From NCBI GenBank assembly GCA_902635045.1, contig CACPMT010000001.1, positions 30,993-94,992 of the forward strand: a stretch of DNA of 64,000 nucleotides. The letters run 5' to 3'. Under the pieces are notes generated by a model. The model did no database searches. It was not told the DNA's origin and saw nothing but the letters and a program-made list of their open reading frames with translations. Below are positions 20,580 to 26,321 of the stretch, piece after piece. The stretch comes from an uncultured SAR86 cluster bacterium. Its GTDB lineage: Bacteria > Pseudomonadota > Gammaproteobacteria > Magnimaribacterales > AG-339-G14. The position numbers and the translations under genes were made by a program. Every line of letters starts with the position of its first letter. Positions within the stretch are counted from its first letter, which is position 1.

Positions 20580-21668
20580 TTATATCATTGAAGAAATATA
20601 TTTGCCTATTGCTAAACTGCTTGTTATTCCAGGACTCTCAATGCCTTGTAAATTTATGAAACCCTCAATTTTATGATCTTTAGGAAACTGAATAGAAAAG
20701 TCTCTCATTTTTTCTGACGGTTTTTGAATTTTTGGTCTTATTCCACAATAATCTGGATGTAACCTTTCAGGCTCCATTCCAGGCCAGTAATTATGTATTG
20801 AATGAATAAATTTTTCTTTAAGACTTTCATCGAATGCATAATCTATCTCATCAACCCAAGAAATATCAGGGCCAAATCTAAGTTGATATGACATATCAAA
20901 ACCAACATGCAAGCCTTGTGAAGATTCGCTTGGTAAAGGATAAATTAAAGCATCAAAAGGATTTACGCCAGAATATTTAAAATAATGGCCTTTGGCATAA
21001 TGAATTTTATGTGTGAACTCTTCACTCAGAGGAGAAACGCTTGAAGAAACATTTTCAGAACCCAATCCAGCTGAATTAATTAAATAAGACGATTTAATTT
21101 CGAATTCTTTTTCGTCAAAACACTTTATAGAAAAAGCTTTGCCATTTCTTTTAGCACTCAAGAAATTTGTGTTGAAAGAAACGATTCCATGATTATGCTG
21201 AATATCTCCTTCAAGCGAGGTGATGAATTCAGGAACATCTATAATTCCTGTTTCTGGAGAAAAAAGTGCTCCAGCAATATCCAATTCTGGTTCCTTTTTT
21301 TTAACTTCTTCTAAGGTGCTTTCTCTAAGATCTACTCCATTTAACTTGCCCTGCAAAAATATCTTATTTAAATTAGCCAATTCATTTTCATGAGATGCAA
21401 TAATAAATTTTCCAGTCTTTTTATGACTAATATTTTTTAATTCTGCATACTCGTACAGAAGTTTATTCCCTTCGATGCAAAATTTAGTTTTAAGTGACTC
21501 TTTTGGATAATACATTCCAGCATGAATTACGCCGGAATTTCTTGATGAAATTCCTTCCCCAGCTCTTGATTCCTGCTCTATCACGAGAACCTTTTGACCT
21601 TTTTCAGATAAATATTTTGCAATAGATAATCCTACTGCTCCCGCTCCTATAATTGCTATATCAAAAAT
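20580..21668 (-). CDS. FAD-dependent oxidoreductase (DAO / L-2-hydroxyglutarate oxidase-like); probable ATT start
   Basis: ORF track starts at GTG 21584, but the frame is open upstream and encodes the Rossmann strand and loop FDIAIIGAGAVGLSIAKYL. The only possible start after the in-frame TAA is ATT 21668, 6 nt after AGGAGG (21675-21680). Confidence 0.75.
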   Translation of the reverse strand: MFDIAIIGAGAVGLSIAKYLSEKGQKVLVIEQESRAGEGISSRNSGVIHAGMYYPKESLKTKFCIEGNKLLYEYAELKNISHKKTGKFIIASHENELANLNKIFLQGKLNGVDLRESTLEEVKKKEPELDIAGALFSPETGIIDVPEFITSLEGDIQHNHGIVSFNTNFLSAKRNGKAFSIKCFDEKEFEIKSSYLINSAGLGSENVSSSVSPLSEEFTHKIHYAKGHYFKYSGVNPFDALIYPLPSESSQGLHVGFDMSYQLRFGPDISWVDEIDYAFDESLKEKFIHSIHNYWPGMEPERLHPDYCGIRPKIQKPSEKMRDFSIQFPKDHKIEGFINLQGIESPGITSSLAIGKYISSMI

Positions 21669-21734
21669 TTTAGTCCTCCTAGAACTTTATTTTGTTTATT
21701 ATGACAAACTTATATAAAATCGTTTTCTCTTTTT

Positions 21735-21810
21735 GCCCAGATAGCTCAGTTGGTAGAGCAAAGGACTGAAAATCCTTGTGTCGGTGGTTCGATCCCACCT
21801 CTGGGCACCA
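21735..21810 (+). tRNA. tRNA-Phe (anticodon GAA), CCA encoded
   Basis: Manual cloverleaf: acceptor GCCCAGA/TCTGGGC, D stem GCTC/GAGC, anticodon stem AAGGA/TCCTT, loop CTGAAAA, T stem GGTGG/CCACC, T loop TTCGATC. Confidence 0.95.
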
Positions 21811-21838
21811 TTCTGACAGCATTCTTAAAAATAAAACT

Positions 21839-21875
21839 GGTGAACAGTTGGTGAACAGGCACTCTTCTGTTCACC
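21839..21875. repeat. GGTGAACAG motif cluster, islet 1 left end (2 direct + 1 inverted copy)
   Basis: GGTGAACAG at 21839-21847 and 21850-21858, CTGTTCACC at 21867-21875. Confidence 0.9.
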
Positions 21876-21877
21876 AA
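21848..21877 (-). terminator. 11-bp-stem hairpin immediately after the HIT stop codon (possible terminator)
   Basis: TTGGTGAACAG-gcactctt-CTGTTCACCAA. On the minus strand a T-rich run (GTTTTATTTTT) follows, but only after about 10 nt. Confidence 0.35.
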
Positions 21878-22285
21878 TTAATATGACTGTTTTTCAGGTA
21901 TTACCCCTCTTACTCCTCCTCTTGGATCATCCATATCTCCTTTTCTTCTTGGAATTAAATGAACATGACAATGCATTACAGTCTGACCCGCATCGGAACC
22001 GTCGTTAATTCCAATATTAAATCCTGTGATAAGATTGTCTTTTTCCATGAGTGCTTCTCTTTCAATTTCAAGAAGTTCAAATATTGCCTCTTTCTCATTC
22101 TTTTCTAGGTCAAAAAATGATTGAACATGTCTTTTAGGAATAAATAATGAATGCCCTTCTGTTACTGGATACAAATCCTTAAAAGAAAGAGCAAAATTAT
22201 TTTCTCTCTCTACTCTTGATTGCTCTAAATTACAAAAAATACAATCTTTCAAATTGACTCTCCAAATATCTCTGATGGTTCCCAT
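21878..22285 (-). CDS. HIT-family nucleotide hydrolase/transferase
   Basis: Histidine triad HCHVHLIPR (H105/H107/H109 in ORF-track numbering) and N-terminal CIFC. Likely true start is TTG 22252, overlapping the upstream stop as TTGA with GGAGAG 5 nt upstream (124 aa). Confidence 0.85.
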   Translation of the reverse strand: MGTIRDIWRVNLKDCIFCNLEQSRVERENNFALSFKDLYPVTEGHSLFIPKRHVQSFFDLEKNEKEAIFELLEIEREALMEKDNLITGFNIGINDGSDAGQTVMHCHVHLIPRRKGDMDDPRGGVRGVIPEKQSY

Positions 22286-23265
22286 TTTATAGGAATATGA
22301 CTTACGGAATTGTTAAACATCTTTTGTAGAAAATCTTTTCTTTCTGTATCTGTTTTGCCAGTCTGATTAATGATTGTTTCCCTTAGAGGGTGATGACTTT
22401 CTATATAAAAATTATTCCTTTTATTCAATGCTTCCAGATAGTTAATTTTAGGTATTTTTTCAAATTTTCCTCCTGATCCCCTATTACATTCACGACATGT
22501 TAAAACTAAATTCCAAATTTGATCAACCTCTGACAGTCCGTAATCTTTTAATATGTGAGGAAAGAAATGATCTACATCGCATGAATTTTCATTTCCTTGC
22601 TGAATTGAAATATGTTTGTAGCAATAAAAACATTTACTTTTTTGATAACCATTTAGAGCATCTCTTGAGGAGGTTACGTTTTGTCTTCTTTTCTTATCAT
22701 CTAATACAAAAAGACATTCATCTTCATCATCATTAATAATTTCTAATAATGATGGATTAACATTCAGTGAGATTGCTGTTTCCCAAAGATTCCATCGAGA
22801 TTCTGCCTCATTTTTTAAATTTCCATAAATGTCTTTCTCTTTTAATTTATAAAAATTGTCTGTGAGGATAATAGATTTGTTTTCTTTTCTGTTGTCTGTA
22901 AAAAATCTAGTTGTTTCTTCTCTTGCTACTATGTGAAATGCATCAATGACATTAACAAAACCCATTCTTATAGTTATTTGCTTTAATTCTTCTTCATTAA
23001 TCTCTGCATTGTTAAATCTTTTACATGCATCTAAGAACTTACTAGTTTTTGATGTAACTTGTTTTTCATTGTTTAATAAGTGATCACATATATTTTTTGC
23101 AAATGGAACTGCCAGATTTTCAATTTCTATTTCTGAACTGGAAGTATCGATCTCAAGAAGTGACTTTGCTAGAGCAAATTTATATGAGGCAACATTTCTT
23201 CCAAGCAGGATAATTGACCTCCATGAAGTATCAAGACTAGGATCTTTATCTACAAATAATTGCAT
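22249..23265 (-). CDS. HNH (beta-beta-alpha-Me, zinc-ribbon) endonuclease with unassigned ~200-aa N-terminal domain
   Basis: C212-FY-C215 ... C229-DVDH233 ... N252 ... C257-RE-C260-N261. The N-terminal region is not recognisable to me. Confidence 0.8.
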   Translation of the reverse strand: MQLFVDKDPSLDTSWRSIILLGRNVASYKFALAKSLLEIDTSSSEIEIENLAVPFAKNICDHLLNNEKQVTSKTSKFLDACKRFNNAEINEEELKQITIRMGFVNVIDAFHIVAREETTRFFTDNRKENKSIILTDNFYKLKEKDIYGNLKNEAESRWNLWETAISLNVNPSLLEIINDDEDECLFVLDDKKRRQNVTSSRDALNGYQKSKCFYCYKHISIQQGNENSCDVDHFFPHILKDYGLSEVDQIWNLVLTCRECNRGSGGKFEKIPKINYLEALNKRNNFYIESHHPLRETIINQTGKTDTERKDFLQKMFNNSVSHIPIKWEPSEIFGESI

Positions 23266-23277
23266 GTATTAAGTTTA

Positions 23278-23347
23278 TGTTCACCTAAACAAATTATAGC
23301 AACAGATTCTCAATGTTGTTGGTGAACAGGTAGGTGAACAGAAGAGT
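23278..23347. repeat. GGTGAACAG motif cluster, islet 1 right end (1 inverted + 2 direct copies)
   Basis: TGTTCACC at 23278-23285; GGTGAACAG at 23321-23329 and 23333-23341. GGTGAACAGAAGAGT (23333-23347) is the exact reverse complement of 21861-21875. Confidence 0.9.
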
Positions 23348-23390
23348 CTGTAATATGCATTCTTATGAGGTTGTTATTGTCGAGTCAAGA

Positions 23391-23436
23391 ACTGAAAATC
23401 CTTGTGTCGGTGGTTCGATTCCACCTCTGGGCACCA
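23391..23436 (+). repeat. direct repeat of tRNA-Phe 3' part (anticodon loop to CCA), att-like copy 1
   Basis: 45/46 identical to 21765-21810 (T at 23420 versus C at 21794). Confidence 0.95.
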
Positions 23437-23475
23437 ACGAGATAACATTTTTAAAACCAACTCAATAATACTAAA

Positions 23476-23492
23476 ATACCCCCAATGGGTAT
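23476..23492. promoter_or_regulatory. candidate CsoR-family operator
   Basis: ATACCC-ccaat-GGGTAT is the only GC-rich palindrome in this AT-rich leader. It overlaps ATG 23485, and a CsoR-type repressor is encoded in the same operon. Confidence 0.55.
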
Positions 23493-24084
23493 AAGAATTA
23501 TTTGTCTTTTGTCTATCATGTCGTTTGGACTTGATGCTAGACCTATATCTTACACAGGTGGTTCAACCATAATGGCGTTTTCAGATAACATAAAAAATTC
23601 TATCTACTACCATTATTCGCCATCCTATAAATACTCAATTGGGATTGAAGTTATAAGAAATAAATATTTTAAAGATAATTATTCATATGTTAGATATACA
23701 TACTTAATAAATAGAAAGAATACTGAAAACTCTCAAAGAAATTTGTATTTTCAATCTGGTGTTAGTTCAAAAGGTTTTGATGAATTTTTTTATGGTATAC
23801 ATGGAGATTGGGAAACAAGAAGATTATTTGTTGGTTTTGGAATAAAGGAAACTGAAAGAAAAATTCAAGACTATTTAGAACAATACTATCAAATAGGAGT
23901 TGCGCCCTATCTTGGTGATTATGGTGACTTGCACACATGGATAATGATTAAGGCAAAAGATAATTCTCTTGAGAATAAGTGGTCAACTTACCCTGTATTA
24001 AAATTTTTTAAAGGAAATGTTCTTATGGAATTTGGTTATAGCAAAAAAACTAAATGGGATGTTCATCTAATGTATAGATTTTGA
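23485..24084 (+). CDS. secreted small beta-barrel-like (OMP-like) protein, function unknown
   Basis: Signal-peptide-like N-terminus (MGIRIICLLSIMSFGLDA), alternating aromatic/polar strand pattern, C-terminal ...MYRF typical of OM beta-barrels. Confidence 0.4.
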   Translation: MGIRIICLLSIMSFGLDARPISYTGGSTIMAFSDNIKNSIYYHYSPSYKYSIGIEVIRNKYFKDNYSYVRYTYLINRKNTENSQRNLYFQSGVSSKGFDEFFYGIHGDWETRRLFVGFGIKETERKIQDYLEQYYQIGVAPYLGDYGDLHTWIMIKAKDNSLENKWSTYPVLKFFKGNVLMEFGYSKKTKWDVHLMYRF

Positions 24085-24494
24085 GAGGAAAAATGAAAAA
24101 TATATTATTAATTCTTATTTTTACTTCAATGGCATGGGGAGAAACCCCTCATGACAGCATGCATCATACTCATGAAGGACATGTTCATGAAGAATTTGTA
24201 GATGGTAAGAAATTAGAAGTTGATCCTGAGAGATTTGATAAATTCGTTATGGATCTTGAAGATACCCAAATTGCAATCGTGAATGTTCAAGGTATGGTGT
24301 GTGATTTTTGTGCTAGAGGTATTGAAAAAATATTTAAAAAAGACACCAATGTAAAAAAAGTAGACGTTGATCTGAGCAAAGGAAAAGTTTTAATCGCATA
24401 CAATGTTGCTCATGAAATAATCTTTGATGATATCAAGGAAAAAATTCTAATAAACGGACAAAATGCAATTGACATGAAGGTTATTAATCTTTAA
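24081..24494 (+). CDS. periplasmic heavy-metal-associated (HMA, MerP/CopZ-like) protein with His-rich N-terminus
   Basis: Signal peptide, then HDSMHHTHEGHVHEE, then HMA motif GMVCDFCARGIEK. Alternative start ATG 24093 (GAGAGG SD). Confidence 0.75.
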   Translation: MRGKMKNILLILIFTSMAWGETPHDSMHHTHEGHVHEEFVDGKKLEVDPERFDKFVMDLEDTQIAIVNVQGMVCDFCARGIEKIFKKDTNVKKVDVDLSKGKVLIAYNVAHEIIFDDIKEKILINGQNAIDMKVINL

Positions 24495-24499
24495 AAATT

Positions 24500-24865
24500 A
24501 TGCAAGATAAATCAGCAAATTTTTTATCCTTGTTTGCCTCGTCATCAACTTTAATATGTTGTGCACTTCCTTCATTATTTATTGCAGTTGGTGCAGGTGC
24601 TTCTTTTGCAAGTTTAATAACAGTCTTTCCATTTTTAATTGTCTTATCTCAATATAAATTATCTATAACAATATTTGCTTCAGTGACCATCATATTTGCT
24701 GGATATGTGAATTATAAAACTTATTATATGCCTTGCCCCACAGATCCTGAGTTAGGCAAGTTATGCATGCAAACTAGAAAACAATCAAGATATGTTTATT
24801 ACATTTCAGTTGTATTGTTTATTTTTGCTACAATATTTACTTATTTAGTTCCTAAATTCGTATGA
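24500..24865 (+). CDS. MerT-like small membrane metal transporter (CC motif in TM1)
   Basis: 121 aa, about 3-4 TM. LICCALP in TM1 and a second Cys pair PCPTDPELGKLC in a loop, the same layout as MerT. Confidence 0.5.
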   Translation: MQDKSANFLSLFASSSTLICCALPSLFIAVGAGASFASLITVFPFLIVLSQYKLSITIFASVTIIFAGYVNYKTYYMPCPTDPELGKLCMQTRKQSRYVYYISVVLFIFATIFTYLVPKFV

Positions 24866-25122
24866 AAAATCCATGCCATAAAGAAGAAATTCCTAGTCTT
24901 AACAGAATTGAGGGACAAGTTCGTGGAATTGCTAACATGATTGATGAAGAAAAGTATTGCATTGATATACTCAATCAAATCAAGGCAGTTAGAAATGCTC
25001 TTACAAGTATTGAAGGAAAAATATTAAAAAGACATATGAAAGAATGTGTTAAGGAAGCATTAAATGATCAGAAGGGTTTTGACAATAAGGTTGAGGAAAT
25101 ATTAAAAACCCTTAAAAGATAG
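24862..25122 (+). CDS. CsoR/RcnR/FrmR-family metal-sensing transcriptional repressor
   Basis: 86 aa. RIEGQVRGIANMI, and a C...H...C ligand pattern (YCIDIL ... RHMKEC). Confidence 0.8.
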   Translation: MKNPCHKEEIPSLNRIEGQVRGIANMIDEEKYCIDILNQIKAVRNALTSIEGKILKRHMKECVKEALNDQKGFDNKVEEILKTLKR

Positions 25123-25140
25123 ATTAAATTACTGGTTTCA

Positions 25141-25207
25141 TGTGTGCGCTCTTTGTATCAATGCTGTGAAGGTTTTTATCATCTTCGTGCACACAGGTGT
25201 GCACACA
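25141..25207. repeat. GTGCACACA motif cluster, islet 2 right end
   Basis: TGTGTGCGC at 25141-25149 (inverted, 8/9). GTGCACACA at 25187-25195 and 25199-25207. Confidence 0.85.
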
Positions 25208-25259
25208 AATGGTCTGAAAGGTAATACTTTAAAGGGATTATGACTTACGAACAAAGAAC

Positions 25260-25305
25260 TGAAAATCCTTGTGTCGGTGGTTCGATTCCACCTCTGGGCA
25301 CCACA
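25260..25305 (+). repeat. direct repeat of tRNA-Phe 3' part, att-like copy 2
   Basis: 46/46 identical to 23391-23436, and 45/46 to the tRNA. Confidence 0.95.
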
Positions 25306-25358
25306 AAATTTTAATCCTTTTTAAGGTACAGGCCAGAAACTTCAGATAATATATTGCA

Positions 25359-26321
25359 GTGAGATTTTTTAAAAAAGAAAGAAAACTTTATCCATCCATT
25401 GAGCCGTTTGATTCAGGCTTTATCAAAAAAGGAATTCATGAAATCTATTACGAACAGTGTGGAAATCCTAAAGGCAAGCCTGCAGTTTTTTTACATGGAG
25501 GACCAGGGGGAGGAGCTGGAAAACTTTCTAGAAGATTTTTCAATCCAAAAAAATATAGAATAATTCTGTTTGATCAAAGAGGCTGCGGTAAAAGCAAACC
25601 TCATACTTGCTTAGAAGAAAATACCACTTGGCACCTAGTAGATGATATTGAATCTATTAGAAAAAAACTACAAATAGAAAAATGGTTAGTTTTCGGAGGA
25701 TCTTGGGGAAGCACTCTTGCTCTAGCTTATGCTCAAAAACACCCTGAGCATGTTTCTGAACTTATTCTAAGAGGTATTTTTATGCTTAGAGAAAAGGAAC
25801 TCAAGTGGTTCTATCAGTATGGAGCAAGTGAAATATATCCTGAAGCTTGGCAAGGATTTATAAATGAAATTCCTGAAGAGGAAAGATTTGATCTAATTGA
25901 TGCCTATAGAAAAATTTTTAATAGCAAGGATAAAGAAAAAAAGCTGTCTGCTGCTAAGGCTTGGTCTAAGTGGGAAGCATCTGCAAGCTATATTAATCAT
26001 AACCCAAGCGCTGTAAAAGATTCTGTAAATGCAGAGTTTGCTTTGGCATTTGCGCTCATTGAAAACCACTATTTTGTAAATAAAGGTTTTTTGGATTACG
26101 AAAATCAACTTTTAGATAACATAGATCTTATCAGGCATATTCCAGCAATAATAATCCAAGGAAGATATGATGTGGTTTGTCCTTCCACCACTGCATACGA
26201 ACTTTATTCAAAATGGCCTGAAGCTGAACTTAAAATTGCACCTTTCTCTGGACACTCCGCCTTTGAAAAAGAAATTACCGATCTACTAGTCGATGCTACA
26301 GATATTTTTGGCAAGAACTAA
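25359..26321 (+). CDS. pip: prolyl aminopeptidase (proline iminopeptidase)
   Basis: HGGPGGG and GGSWGSTLAL motifs. GTG start. Confidence 0.88.
   Translation: MRFFKKERKLYPSIEPFDSGFIKKGIHEIYYEQCGNPKGKPAVFLHGGPGGGAGKLSRRFFNPKKYRIILFDQRGCGKSKPHTCLEENTTWHLVDDIESIRKKLQIEKWLVFGGSWGSTLALAYAQKHPEHVSELILRGIFMLREKELKWFYQYGASEIYPEAWQGFINEIPEEERFDLIDAYRKIFNSKDKEKKLSAAKAWSKWEASASYINHNPSAVKDSVNAEFALAFALIENHYFVNKGFLDYENQLLDNIDLIRHIPAIIIQGRYDVVCPSTTAYELYSKWPEAELKIAPFSGHSAFEKEITDLLVDATDIFGKN

Larger units (their letters stand above)
21765..23436. mobile_element. tRNA-Phe-integrated islet 1 (integrase-less; cargo HNH + HIT), bounded by 46-nt direct repeats
   Basis: The 46-nt tRNA 3' segment (21765-21810) recurs at 23391-23436 with 1 mismatch. 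Only two genes lie inside, and no recombinase. Confidence 0.65.
23391..25305. mobile_element. tRNA-Phe-integrated islet 2 (integrase-less; cargo 4-gene metal cassette), bounded by 46-nt direct repeats
   Basis: Identical 46-nt repeats at 23391-23436 and 25260-25305. End architecture parallels islet 1. Confidence 0.6.

Noticed and set aside
23266-23320. Sigma-70 promoter TTGAGA...TATAAT (minus strand) for the HNH-HIT operon
   Set aside because: A TATAAT is present, but the candidate -35 is only 9 nt away. The alternatives are weak, so no promoter is annotated.
21811-25259. Search for an integrase, transposase or excisionase in the tRNA-Phe islets
   Set aside because: No ORF in any frame shows tyrosine or serine recombinase or DDE motifs. 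All sizeable ORFs are accounted for by the HNH, HIT and metal-cassette genes, so the islets are called integrase-less rather than ICE or prophage.
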